From Monocercomonoides exilis PA203 (Eukaryota > Protista > Preaxostyla), in the NCBI GenBank assembly GCA_001643675.2, contig LSRY02000022.1, forward strand, positions 868,001-932,000: a stretch of 64,000 bases of DNA. Direction: 5' to 3'. Below are positions 13,371-26,435 of the stretch, one piece after another. Each line of letters begins with the position of its first letter. Within the stretch, counting starts at the first letter, position 1. The notes below the pieces were generated by a model. It ran no database searches, was not told the origin of the DNA, and saw only the letters and a list, made by a program, of their open reading frames with translations. A program made the position numbers and the translations under genes.

Positions 13371-15207
13371 TGAGCCGTGGTATAAAAGCTCGATGGAAGA
13401 GTCCCCAATCCCCAATCTCACTCGAGGAGAGAAAACACAGACAGGAGTTTCGGGCAACAACGGAGATGACAAACAATTATTTATCCCTCTTGGAGGAGGA
13501 ATTGAAGGAAGGAGTGGTGAGGGCCATGCAGGAGTCGGAGGAAAAGTGGTTCAACCCGACGTTCATATTTCGAAAGAAGAACAGAAAGTATGGAAAGATT
13601 ATGGATTGCAGGGCGCTAAACGAGGAAGTGCAGGGAAAGCATTTCAAGACGGATACCCAGGAAGCTGTGGTGGAACTCCTGGAGGAGAACGATTGGATGA
13701 CCACTCTCGACATATCGAGTGCATACCAGCGTGTAAAGGTGGACGAGCAGTTCAGTCCCTACCTATGCTTCAGCTTTCAAAGTCAATGCTATGCTAACGT
13801 GGGGATGCCATTTGAGGCAAAGGACGCTCCCAGAGTTTTCACGAAGATTATGAGACGGGCAGCCTCTTTCATCAGAGAACAGTGGAAGGAAAAGCTCGTA
13901 ATATATCTGGACGACATTCTCCTCATGCATCCAGACAGGGATGTATTGAGATTGATCTCACAGGAGATAGCCCAGTTCTTTAGGAATCTGGACTGGATAC
14001 TGTCGGAAGAGAAACAGAACTTGGAACCCACAAGGAGCGTGGAGTTTCTGGGATGGCTGTGGAATTCAGAGATGATGGAAGTGACACTCAAGGAGAGGAA
14101 GAGAGTGCTGCTCCTGGAGGACGTGCGTTCCTGGATAGCACTGGAAAAAAGAAGGAGGAGACAAAAGACGAGAGATTTAGCAGCACTCCTCCGGAGGCTA
14201 AATTTTGTGAGGTTACAACACCCACCAGCGAGCTTGTGCATGAAGCGTATGCAATACATCCTGAGGCAGGCGATAGCCCGCGGGGGCTGGAAGGGAACGG
14301 TGATAGTCAACCCAATGATACTGGGAGAATTAACACACTGGAGAAAGATACTACAAGAGAATAGACCAAGGAGTCTGAAGAAAAGGAACAGACTAGCAGT
14401 ACTGACGACGGATACTTCAGAGCTGGGATAGGGTACAGTGTTAACAATACCGAGGGAGAACAAAGAGGAGAAGATATATGTCCACGGAAGATGGACCCTC
14501 CAGGAGAGCACGCTAGCAATCAATGAGAAGGAGTCCAGAGCAGTGTTGAAGACACTGGAGAGAAAGGGAGCATGGCTGCAACAACAGAAGATAGACCATA
14601 TTCGTCTGAAGACAGACAACATGTCCACGAGATGGACGATATAGAAGAAGAAGGGAGCGCCATCGCTCATTCCAACACTGAGAGCATTAGCGAAGAAACT
14701 GAACAGCCTGGACATTTCAATCCAAACGGGACATCTCCCGGGGGAACAGAACTCGGAGGCAGATGCACTCAACTGGATGGCGAAAAAGCCGGACTATGCA
14801 CTGAAGGGGGAGAAGGTCGCAAAGATATTACAAATAGTCGCACTGAGAACACTCGACACAATTTCAGAACAGATAGCGCAGGTGCCCTGCGGAAGAATTT
14901 GGAGACTATCCTCTCTGAGAAGGAAGAGAGAGAGAGAGAAATACAAGGAAACGATGAAGCGTTTATCAATCCGTTCCTGACAAACATTGGACGGGTGTTG
15001 AAAGAGAAGATGAAGGAAACTCGGAGGGATCTGACGATTTTGATTCTGCCAGCCTGGCGGGGGCAGAGCTGGACCCTGCTTCTGCAGCCTGGGCATTCGA
15101 CAAAGACCCTGGGGACCTATCAAGAGTGCATGATACCGGGAGCGAAGATGAGAAGGGAAGGCTGGAAGCTTCCCCCAGGAGAGGTGATATGTGTCACACT
15201 GGAATAG
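13160..15207 (+). pseudogene. DIRS reverse transcriptase / RNase H / MT-like domain (interrupted)
   Basis: RT motifs IMDCRALN, LDISSAY, GMPF..DAPRVF, YLDDIL. RNase H TTDTSELG*G (W to TAG at 14429-14431), INEKE, KTDN, NSEADAL. C-terminal ILILPAWRGQSW typical of the DIRS MT-like domain. Confidence 0.9.
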
Positions 15208-16256
15208 ATAATATACATGGAAGGGACCTCTTCTTTGCATGGGAAGAATATGTGGGAGCAAAGGAAATAGCAGCAGCAAAATTGACTAATCAAAAGAACG
15301 AAATGGACACGTGGAGAGCGCTGCACAAATTTAAACAATTCCTGGATAGAGAGAGCATGGATGACACTGACTCCCTCACAAACAAAGATGCAAAATGAAT
15401 TTTGGTAGAGTTCACCGAAACACTCTCGAATACGAACCTCTCAAGTGGAGTGATTCATCAGACAGTACGGAAAGTACTGGAGTCCATCAACCTTTTTAGA
15501 GAAACCAAGATTGATCGAAAGGACATAGAAATATTTCAAAAGACTTATGTGGGGGAGAAGCAGAGAAGGGGAAAACGACACAAATCGATGTGGGACTTGA
15601 CAATTATTACGAAATGGGCTGAAAGCACCTACGACGCAAAGGATACGCGAATACTCCAGAGGAGAGCCCTCATCCTCACCATGATTTTTTGTGCATTAAA
15701 TCCAGCAGAGCTGGAGAGAATGAAAAGTGAGACATCGAAATTTAAAGATAATTTTGTCCAGACACAAGTACAAGCCAAAATATCCGGAGGGGAGACGGTT
15801 AAGGTTATTATAAATAAACATCCAAACCTACGCTTCGATACTGTTGCAGCGCTCCAACGTTGGATGGTTAACACAAAGACAACTTTTAAAGACGAATATG
15901 TATGGTTTGATATAGAAGAGGGCTGGATTGTTAATTTGCAGAAAATCAAAGAAGAATTAGTGGCTGTCCTGAGAGAGAATGGAATACCCGACACATTCAC
16001 CGTGTACTCGATAAGATACGCTGTGATTACACACTTTGCAAGACTACAAGATGCAGATTGGAAAGCAATCAAAGCATACGCGAGATGGGCTCCAGGTTCT
16101 AGAGAAGCCCAGGAGTATTTCAGCGTGTTACCGGTTCAGGACACGAAGTGGATCCTGGAGGTGATTGGCAGCCCAGGACCCCTTGCTGAAAAGGGAGACA
16201 AGTCGGAGAAGGATAGCGAAAGAAAAGATATTATAAATGAAGAAACAGAATCTTAA
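15126..16256 (+). pseudogene. DIRS tyrosine recombinase (degenerate)
   Basis: YR-like segments MIFCALNPAEL, TVYSIRYAVIT (HSxR-type), ARW..GS...EYF. In-frame stop at 15396-15398; catalytic R and H appear substituted. Confidence 0.75.
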
Positions 16257-16720
16257 ACGAAGGAGTATCCTGGAGAGACATCACAGGCTGTGGGAGAAGT
16301 GGAGGTGATCAAGAGATAGATATCGAAGAGATGAGGGCCTATTCGAGAGAAGAGTTCACAGCATGAGAACAATATAGCACAACCCCCCAAAGGTGATGTG
16401 ACATTCACCAATATTCTACGCAGCATTGTGGAGCTGACGGAGGGCAGACAGACTGCCTCACAGAATAAATTTGAAACTAATCGGAGGAAACGCGGAGAGA
16501 GAAGCATTGGGCAAATTGCCATGACGGTTCAGCCACAGAAGACCCGATTAAGAACACCCCAAAAACATTCCAAGAAAGGGAGTGAGAAGAGACAGGAGCC
16601 GCACCTTCATCCGCATTCACTCCAAACATCAGCTGCACGATGAAGTGCGAGGAAGGAGGTTTTTGGATCACGTGAACTGAGATGGAAGGGATTTAAAGAC
16701 TCATTATCGAAAAGAAAACA

Positions 16721-16797
16721 TGCTCCTTGCGTTCGTCGATTCACTCCATTGCGAATTGATAGAACGCAGTGAGACAGGATTTGCTCCTAGATAATAC
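16721..16797. other. DIRS internal complementary region (ICR)
   Basis: 16721-16759 is the reverse complement of the left terminus (~11433-11471, 30/39 nt by eye). 16768-16797 cagtgagacaggatttgctcctagataata is the reverse complement of the right terminus ttattatctcggagcaaacctgtctcactg. Confidence 0.85.
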
Positions 16798-17798
16798 AAA
16801 CGCGGATTAAGAGACTCAAAGCGGCTGGGTGAGAACGTGAGAATGATAGTTGAAGGAAGATGATGAGAAAATGGGTGAGATATCAGAGGGGAGAGAAAGA
16901 TCAACAGCTCGAAGAGATTTGTGTGCATCCACAACCTTGAAAGATTCAAATGAAATGAAGAAACAGTTTTAAGTGGAATCCCATTCCTAAGATTGTTGTT
17001 GAACAAGTGCAAAGAGAACAGCCAGATGGGCCCACTCAGTATGTTGTGGGTGGATTTGCTCTGCTGGATCAGCAGAAGAGCTGAAGGCAGAGTCCTGCAT
17101 AGACAGTTTTCTTTTCCACTCCTCGCGTAAGCGAGAGTGGTTTTTCTTTCTGCTCCGTTTTGGAACACTCGCCTCACCGGATCTCTGCACTAACTGCAGC
17201 AGACAGCTCCGAGGGGCGATGTTCACTGCCCTCTGGTCTTCGAGACCATAGCAAAAGGCGAACTCGGTGGTGAAGTGAAGCGGACAATTCATAATACACT
17301 TTTTATTATTAAACATGTTCTTGTCTATATTTTAATCTCGCACTTTTTCCACGTCATATTTTGGAGTGCAAAGTTTTTAACTTGAACCACCTATAAATCG
17401 TAATCAATACTTATTATCTCGGAGCAAACCTGTCTCACTGAGTTTTCATTAAAAGATTTTGAAGTTCAAACACATCTCAAATCAATAAAACAAAAAACAA
17501 TCAAACAAAAAATTAATTATCAATGTTACACTAGCCATCAAAAATAAATGATCCAATTTTTTAATTTGAAAATATGAACCAACAATTTTGTAAGATATCA
17601 ATTATAAACAATTATTGATATTTTGAAACATGTTAATGTTTTGTAATAGAGATAAATTTATTTACTGTTTTCAAACACAATAAAGAACAACAATTTTCCT
17701 GTTTATGAAAAAAATTATTTGTCAAAAATATGTGATCTGTATTTACTAAAAAAAAGTTAGATTTCAAGAATTAATACCAATAACATAATTAAAATATA

Positions 17799-18794
17799 TT
17801 AGTAGTTTATTGATCCTCCTTCATTCAATATAACAGTTTTCAGGCGTTTGAACATCGAATGAACAAGTTTCTTAATAATATCCATTTCAAGTTCATTACG
17901 GGCAGTCAAAATTGATTGTTTCAGCTCATTCGCATCTTTCTTTGGTTTTCCATCATTGAAAACCTTCCTTGATAAAATGCTCCTCAGATTTTCGATGATA
18001 TTTAAATCTGAAGAATAAGGGATCCATTCAACGCTGGTTTTTGAAAAGTCTCTGATAACATTTTGCACCTTTTTTTGATCGATGAATAGGTGAATTATCG
18101 TGAAAAATCTCAAATATTTTTTGAATCGTTTGCCTGCATAATGAATCAATGAAAACTTCAAAATTCGACAATATTCCTCAGAATTCATTGTTTCGCTAAC
18201 AAAAACGATTGATGATTAGAAATTATAACCCATTGCATCCGTAATATTAATTATTCCATGTTTATTCTGACTTTGATGATCGAAGATTGCCTTATTATCG
18301 TTTTCAATCCATTCCATTCTTGTATTATCTGGTCCAAATTAATTGAATTTATTTTCATCAGCGAAGATCGTAAGTTCCCATAGTTCATCCCTTAAATGTT
18401 TATGATTAAATTCGTTTCTCTTCTCACAAGCATTTTTTGACAGGAAAGGTTTGATTTTTCTCTTTGTATATTTTCTATTTATTAAGCGCAATAGTCGATG
18501 AGCAGTGGAATTGCTGCAATTCACGCCAAGATAATCGGTCAAATCTCTGGCTCTAATAATTTGCATGCATTTTGATTCTTTTTTAGCTTTTTTCAACAGA
18601 GCAGGTGAAATAATAAGTGACCTTCCGAGTTTGCGTCTGACAAGCCGTTTTGATTGAATATGGTTTGTTTTCAAGTACTTTTTTGCAGTATTGACTGAAA
18701 TATTCAATATACGAGCAATTTCGTTTCTTCCTTTTCCTTGATCGCGCAGTATATGTATTTTCTTTTGAATCGAGCCCTTTGTAATTCTTGTCAT
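17799..18794 (-). pseudogene. Tc1/IS630 (DD34E-type) transposase pseudogene
   Basis: N-terminal HTH (GRNEIARILNISVNTAKKYL), IFADENKFN, frameshifted FHDNSPIH, WIPYSSDLNIIEN (~34 aa D-to-E spacing). In-frame stops. Short inverted match at 17713-17738 / 18889-18914. Confidence 0.88.
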
Positions 18795-19606
18795 TTTGTT
18801 TTGTTTGTGTATTATTTCTTTCTTTCTTTTTTTTTTTTTTTTTTTTTTGTATTAATGTTTTTGTCATTCGCAAATTAATATTTTTTCCGGATCACATTTT
18901 TTTGAAAATAATTTCCTGCCAATTATGAAAACAATTTTTTTTTAATATTGATCAAGTCTTTTTTTAAAAGAAAACCCGATGAATCAAGAATATTATTTCG
19001 TTATTTTCTGATCGATATATTTTTGCTTTCGACTTTTGCATTTATTATTAAAAAAATAAAGAAGCATCATCAGGATCACATAATCCTGATGAGCAGTTTA
19101 TTTCTAAGTTCGACTGATCTATATCAAATAACAGATCTTTATCATTCGACTGATCTCGTCAAAGATCTGTCGATGACAAATAGACGTACATTAAATATTA
19201 TTGAAAAAACTTTAAAACAGTTAACAACATTTTTCAATTGTGAATAAATAATTATTCATCAATTTATTGAAAGAAATTATTGAAAATATTTTAATTAAGT
19301 TTTTTTATAAATAACGTGGCTGATCTTTTTTGAAATCATGCTTTTGTCCGAGTATTGATAAAAAATTTTATCTCAATGGGATTTTTGATAAATTTTTTTT
19401 GCAAAAACAACATCATGAACAATATATATTAACAGTTAAAGCTCGTTTTTCAAAAAATCCCACTGAAATTAAAATTTCGATCAAAACTCGAACGAAAGGA
19501 TGATTTCAAAAAGGATCAGTCATCTGTGACAAAATTTACTCCATGGAATTGTCTGACGATTTGTTGAGTCTCAGAAAAAATATTGATTTGTCGCAGATGT
19601 ATAGAA

Positions 19607-19672
19607 AAAACCCGTGTGACGTGATGAAGATTTTGACTTCGCGTCCGTCAGTATTGATTTTTCGCGTCAGTT

Positions 19673-19728
<56 letters not shown>

Positions 19729-19940
19729 TGAGATCTCTTTGCATGTATTCAACTTTGATTTCCACCATAATTTTTTGATAAAAACAATAAATTTAAAAAT
19801 AAAATAAAACAAATTATTTGTTTTTTTTTGAGCTTTTGCGAATAATTTTTATTAATAAGCATTAGTGACGTGAATATTTTTGATGAGTCCGTCAGAATTG
19901 AAATTTCTCACGTCAGTGGACATAACGTCACACAGGTTTA
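19607..19940. mobile_element. hAT-derived MITE (334 bp) with perfect 8-bp TSD
   Basis: GTATAGAA flanks both sides (19599-19606, 19941-19948). TIRs aaaacccgtgtgacgtgatg / cataacgtcacacaggttta. GTCCGTCA subterminal motifs as in the 2386-9964 element; internal poly-T. Confidence 0.88.
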
Positions 19941-20408
19941 GTATAGAATATTCTGAACCTGAGTGACTTATCGAAATTTTTGTTGTCATGTCCACCAGTG
20001 ACTTTTGTTCACGGAAGAGATTTTTTTTTTTCTTTGTGATAAACGAGTTGATTTCTTTCTTTATTTGTAAATATATATCTCTTTTCATTAGGCGAAACAT
20101 CATGGGCAAAACAAAAATCATAAAGAGTGAAATATTTTTTTTGACATGAGAATAAATAATATTTAGTTATGGGCTCTTACTTAAAAGAAAAGATCTTTCT
20201 GATTATTTACATAACACAAAAGTTAAAAAGGTTTTGTTGGTTTATTTATAATTTACTTTGTTTAACGAGGCAATTTATAATGTATTCGAAATGTTTTAGC
20301 TTTTTTCGTTGAAAGAAATAAATAAGTATGCATTTATCGAATATAATGCAAACAAACAAATTTATTTTGTTTTTTCTTTATTTATCTACCAAAAAAATAA
20401 TAGTCAAA

Positions 20409-21915
20409 ATGGGATCTTCTCACAGTGATAATCAAATTTCTCCTTTGGAAAAAAAATTAAACGGTTTGTTTTGAATCATTTCTGAAAAATGTTATTTGTT
20501 TTGTTTCGTTTCAGATTTGTTTGTTGATCTCGATAAATGCGGCTATTCTGTCCAAAAGTTAATTATAACGGAAATAAATAAAGTTCTTGACCTAATCAAT
20601 GAAGACGATTTTCTTCATGTTGTGACTCAAAAACTATTCGATAAAATACGCATGCTTGTTGATAAAAAAAAGTTACCTTTGGAAAATGCACTTACGCTAT
20701 TGAAATGTATTGGATACCATGGGGAATTGAATCGTTTTTGTTGTTATGCTTTTAACAATTCATCTTTGAGTAAAAAATTTCGGAACATGATCATTGATGA
20801 AGAACGCAAAAAAGAAGGAGAAAAAAATGAAAACCTATTAACTGATCTCTGCGAATGTTATTTTTTACTACATCGTTTTTACTGTGATAAAGAAATCTCC
20901 AAAATCCTTGCATTTTACCTTTTAAAAGTAGCTTCAAACAAAGAAACTTCTGAAGAAGCGCAAAACAAAGTGGAAATGGCTTTATTAGCAATGGGGAAGG
21001 AAACTTATCCAATAGTATGATCAATTTCATTTTCCTTTGGAAATTTTTTATTAATTTTATTTTTATTCATTTCTAAATGAAAAGGCTTTAAATGATGAAA
21101 ATGATTTTATTTTGCACGACATTGCTGGGATCATTAGATATCACCAAGAGCGCCGCAATCTATCTCATCTTGCCTATCAATCAGCTTGGTTCTTCATCTT
21201 GTTTCGATTGAAGCTCAATGAACAATTTGAGAAATTGTGGAAAGTGTTTGTGAAGGATCTTGATTTCTATGGCGAAGCAACAGGGGAATTGGAAGAGCTT
21301 GTCAAAAAATTAGATATAATCAAAAAGGAAAAGAAGGAAATGAAGGAAAAGATGAAGAAGAAGGACGACGACGAAGAAGAAGAAGAAAGGAAACTGTTCT
21401 GTATCATTGAAAGATGGCTGTATGTATTAGAAATATCAATTGATATTGACAGACCTCTCCCAAAAGTGCAGATGGATATAATGAAATGCATTGCCAATAT
21501 TAGCAGCAGGGATAAAGGCAGCCGCCAAGAAATCCGAGTGGAATGCGCAGAAATCGTGGTGAATTTCGCGAAAAAGGGAGAAGTGCAAGTTTTTGACTTG
21601 ATAAGAGGAGGAGCGGTTGATTCAATGCTAGAAGAGCTGTCTCGGTCGTATATGATTCGGTTTAATTTTAACAATTGCTCATCTTTTTTCTCTGAATTAT
21701 TCGAGAGAATAAAAAGAATGTTCTGTATTCGAGAAGAAAAAAACGTGATAAAAAGAATGATGTTTGAGAAGCTGGAGGGAGAAGGGCTCGAAGATATCAT
21801 TGTTAGCTTTATCCCCTTAAAGGAAAGTAATAGATACAGCAGGTACAAATTTTCTTCACTTCCAGAAATGTTTGACTCCTTTTTGGTTAAAGGCAAAGTC
21901 AGGATGAATGATTGA
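20409..21915 (+). CDS. Expanded helical protein family, copy 2 (divergent, apparently intact, 3 exons)
   Basis: join(20409..20463,20515..21014,21085..21915) with GT-AG introns gives ~461 aa. Family motifs LTDLCECY, LAYQSAWFF, GGAVD, FEKLEGEGLED. Confidence 0.8.
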
Positions 21916-22808
21916 CTGAACTTTTCATTTCATATTATCCTCTTCTATTATTTTTTTTCCATGATTTTATATTTTTGCAACCTCAAAAATATAGTTTATT
22001 TTAATTTAAATTTTTATTTTATTTAATTATTATTTTCTTTTATTTTTATTTTATTTTATTTTATTTTTATTTTATTTTATTTGTTCACTTATTTGTATAA
22101 TTAAGTGTTTTGCAACCGCAAAAACATTTTTTTAAATCAACATTTTCATTTTTTTCACATTTAATTTTTGTGAAATTGTATATTAATTTTGAGAAGTTTC
22201 TTTCAGTTTTTTTTTCTTCATTCAATTTATATTCCAATTTTTGAGCAGAATTTAAGTTAGAACATAATGTTAATTTTTTACTATCACTTAAGATTCTGAA
22301 AAATGATATAACTATTCTTTTTTTAATGATTTAATCAACTTTTGAAATCTGAAAAAATGTACTACTTTTGTTTCAACCTAATAGAAAAATTTTTTGACAA
22401 ACATTGAATTTTGGAAGAATTTAACTCTGCAAAATTTGAAAAGATAATTCATTTAGGACTCTTTCAAATGGTAATATATTTCTATATCCGTTCAAAACAC
22501 ATTCAGAACTGGAATGCTTCTAAAAACTTTTATTACTCAGCTATAAACACATATTTTCAATACTGTCGATAAACAAAAATCGTTTACCTGAAAAACTACA
22601 TTCATATATTTTATCTTCTTCAAAAACAATCAAAAAATTTTAATAAAAAGATAAAAATTTAAATAATATGTGTGATCAATTTTGTTTTATTTTTTCAATT
22701 TTATCAGCACTTTAAGTTTTATCCCTGTTAGCTTTTAATATTAAAAAATGTTTAATTGAATGTTCAGAATGAATTGAATTATCTTTATAATAGGATTTGT
22801 GATCATAA

Positions 22809-24461
22809 ATGGAAGGTTTGAAAGGAGATCAACTTCTTCAGGAGCCAACACTCTCAATTGGTGAATCCTTTTCTATTGAAAAGAGAAAAGAGCTTGGCAT
22901 TCATGGTTTAATGCCATCTCGCGTTCTCTCGCCTGAGCTTCAGGAAAAACGTATTCTGGCTGAATTTGATGCTGAAACTGATCCATTGAAGAAGTTTTTG
23001 CTGTTGTCAGATTTATATGATCGCAACGTGCATTTGTATTATTTCATTATTCTTCGAAACTTTGCAAAAATGGCACCATTCATATACACTCCACATGTTG
23101 GAACTTACTGCTCTCGCTTCCACGAATTTTACCGTCCAAAAAGAGCCTTGTATTACACAATTGAAGACGCAGGTAAATGTGATGAAATCACTGCTGCTTG
23201 GCCCATGAAAAAAGTTGATGTTGTTGTTATTACTGATGGTGGACGTATTCTTGGACTTGGAGATCTTGGATCAAATGGAATCGGAATTCCTATTGGAAAG
23301 CTCGCTTTATATTGTGCAGGAGCTGGATCAGATCCAAGATGCACTCTTCCTGTTCAAGTTGATGTTGGAACAACAAATATGACTTTGAGACAAAATCCAT
23401 TATATATGGGACTTGACAAAGATCGTGTCAGAGGAGAAAAATACCACGCATTCATTGAAGAAGTTTTGATGTCAATTCACAAGCGCTGGCCAGAAGCACT
23501 TATTCAATTCGAAGATTTTGGAATTGAGAATGCCTTTGAACTTCTCGTCAGATGGAGAGACAGATTGCTTTGCTTCAACGACGATATACAAGGAACAGGC
23601 GCAGTTGCTCTCACCGCTGTTATTAACGCATGCCGAGCACGCGGTGGAACACTGAAGGATCTGATGAAAGACAGGATTGTGATTTCTGGAGCTGGTTCTG
23701 CAGGTATCGGTATTGCTGATGCCATCGTTGCTGGTCTTGTCAACGAAGGAATCCCAGCAGCAGAGGCCAGGCGCATTTTCTGGATCACCAACTCGAAGGG
23801 ACTTCTGGGCAAAGGAAAAGAATATTCTCCACAGCAGATGCCGTTCGTGAGAGACGACATGGAGAACGGAATGCCTCTTCTTGAGCTGGTCAAGACTGTC
23901 AAGCCAACCATTCTTCTGGGTGTCTCTGGTGTTGCTGGAATCTTCACAGAAGAGATTGTGCGTTTGGTTGCAGCGTCGGCTGAGAGGCCTATTATTATGC
24001 CAATGTCGAACCCGACCATCAAAGCTGAGTGCACATTGGAGCAGGTGATGGACTGGACTGAAGGAAGAGCGATATTCGCGTCAGGCTCTCCATTTGAGGA
24101 TGTTACGAAGGAGATCAAAGGAGAGATGAGGACAGTCCGGGGCAACCAGTGCAACAACATGTACATCTTCCCCGCGTTGGGTCTGGCAGCTTCGAAGGCG
24201 CATGCCACAAAAGTGACAGACGGAATGTTCTATCGCTCGTCTCTTTCATTGGCGCAGTTGGTGCCTGAGGAAGACGTGAAGAAGGGCATTTTGTTCCCGC
24301 AGCTGTCACAGACACGCCAGTTTGCGCAGAGAATTGCGACAGATGTGATTGAGCAAGGAATCAAAGAGAAAGTTATTGATCCTGCCCGTCTTCCATGCAA
24401 AGAGAGCGAGATCTTTGAATGGATTGGGTCGACAATGTATCGTCCTGAGAAGTTCTTTTAA
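22809..24461 (+). CDS. NAD(P)-dependent malic enzyme (malate dehydrogenase, decarboxylating)
   Basis: 550 aa. IYTP, VITDGGRILGLGDLG, GIPIGKL, IQFEDFG, FNDDIQGT, GAGSAGIG, MSNPT, FASGSPF, GNQCNNMYIFP. Confidence 0.97.
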   Translation: MEGLKGDQLLQEPTLSIGESFSIEKRKELGIHGLMPSRVLSPELQEKRILAEFDAETDPLKKFLLLSDLYDRNVHLYYFIILRNFAKMAPFIYTPHVGTYCSRFHEFYRPKRALYYTIEDAGKCDEITAAWPMKKVDVVVITDGGRILGLGDLGSNGIGIPIGKLALYCAGAGSDPRCTLPVQVDVGTTNMTLRQNPLYMGLDKDRVRGEKYHAFIEEVLMSIHKRWPEALIQFEDFGIENAFELLVRWRDRLLCFNDDIQGTGAVALTAVINACRARGGTLKDLMKDRIVISGAGSAGIGIADAIVAGLVNEGIPAAEARRIFWITNSKGLLGKGKEYSPQQMPFVRDDMENGMPLLELVKTVKPTILLGVSGVAGIFTEEIVRLVAASAERPIIMPMSNPTIKAECTLEQVMDWTEGRAIFASGSPFEDVTKEIKGEMRTVRGNQCNNMYIFPALGLAASKAHATKVTDGMFYRSSLSLAQLVPEEDVKKGILFPQLSQTRQFAQRIATDVIEQGIKEKVIDPARLPCKESEIFEWIGSTMYRPEKFF

Positions 24462-25041
24462 ATGAAAAAAAAATAGAACTTTCTTCTTCTTCTTCTTCTT
24501 GAAAAAAAGAAAAGAAAAGAGAAAAAATAAAGAATCTATCATTCTTCTGTTAAAAAGTTGATATTATTTGCGAGGGTCTCATCTTTTTTGTTTTGTTTTG
24601 ATATTTTCAAATCAAAATGTATACAAAAAAGATAATATCTTTTTCTCTGAAGTGACCTGCATTCAGTATAATTCTCTCTGTTATTTTGTGAAGTATTATT
24701 TTATTTTTTTTTTCTTTATTTAATGTTTCCGAGGCAATCGTTGAATCTAGTTCAATTGAGTTAACTCTGTAAAGAGTGCTTTTTTGTATATAAAAAAAAT
24801 GTGTGTGTATTTTTTTTCCCCTCTTCATTGTGCGTTGTTTTTTCATCAAATAGTTAATATTCAATCCATATTTCAAATAATTCCATTTTTCATTCTTTTT
24901 TTTTTTAAATAAAAATTAAAAATCAAATTTTGATCAATCTTGTATAGAAAAAGAGGAAATAATAGAATTATAAGGACTTTTAAAAAATGAATGAAAGAAG
25001 TTTATCAAAAATGAACAGTAAAATCTTTTCTCTCTCTAAAT

Positions 25042-25442
<401 letters not shown>

Positions 25443-26435
25443 GATGAAATTTGAATAGACTTGTTCAATTCAAATAAATACATTCAATTCAAATAAAGTT
25501 AGTTTATTTTAAATGAAGTTGGTGTATTTTAAATGAAGATTATTTATTCAAATTAACGCTGAAATCCATCTTGAAAATGTACTTAAAAAATTATATTTTA
25601 TCTTTCTTAATTACTAATTGGTACATTTGGGGTTATTTTTTAAAGAATAAACAATACAATTTTTAAAAATTGTTTTGATCTTTTTGTTTTTAATTGGAAA
25701 TATGACCAAATTCCAAAAAAATGAGCTTCAAAGTCAAAAAAAAAATATCAGAGTTGAAGGTTTGTTTCGTTTGTATTTTTATGTTTAATTTGAAGAAAAC
25801 ACTTTTGATACGATTGTTATTCGGATAAAAGTGTTAAGAGGAAAACTGATATGCTCTAAACAATTACATTTTTAAAAACAATAATAACCACAAAATTGTA
25901 CGAAATGAAGCGTGGAAGCTGACAAGCTTGATTTTCTTTTTTCTTCTTCCTCTCCTTCCCCCTCTTCTTCATCCCATATCATCTCCTCCCAGATGCAAAT
26001 CCCCAAATCCCTGCCTCTTTCTCCATCTCCCACTTATCTTTCTCCTCGTTCATCTCCCTCGTCCAGCCCTTCCTTTTTTCTCCTTCATCATCATCTTCTT
26101 CTTCCCTTTTCCGTCGTCATCTCCAAATCCACCTCAATCTCCATCTCTCAAACACGCTCTTCTCCAACGTCACTTCTCCTCAATCCCATCCATCTCTTCT
26201 ATCACTTCTCTCACGCTCAGTCAATTCATTCATCTCAACCACCTCTTCCACAAAGACAAACACAATACCCTTCTTCTCTCTTCATTCCTCTCTCTCTATT
26301 CACTCAACCATCTTCCTCCGCGCCCACAACCCCATCGATGGAGCCATTCTCCCATCTCTTAACAGCCTAACAACTTCTCTCTCTGCCTTCAACGCTTCTT
26401 TCCTCCGCCAAACACGCTCTTCACCAAATGCTGCT

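Larger units (their letters stand above)
11435..17450 (+). mobile_element. DIRS1-type tyrosine-recombinase retrotransposon (decayed, full length)
   Basis: gag-like, RT/RNase H/MT-like and YR regions in order. Imperfect ITRs (gagcaggtttactcc at ~11467; ggagcaaacctgtctc at ~17421). ICR at 16721-16797 complementary to both termini. Purine- and GC-richer than the flanks. Confidence 0.9.

Noticed and set aside
11593-16072. Minus-strand ORFs across the DIRS element (e.g. 13789-14772)
   Set aside because: Antisense shadows of purine-rich coding sequence; no motifs.
17450-19330. Long outer TIRs for the Tc1 element
   Set aside because: Only a ~26-bp inverted match is convincing; further similarity is indistinguishable from AT-rich noise.
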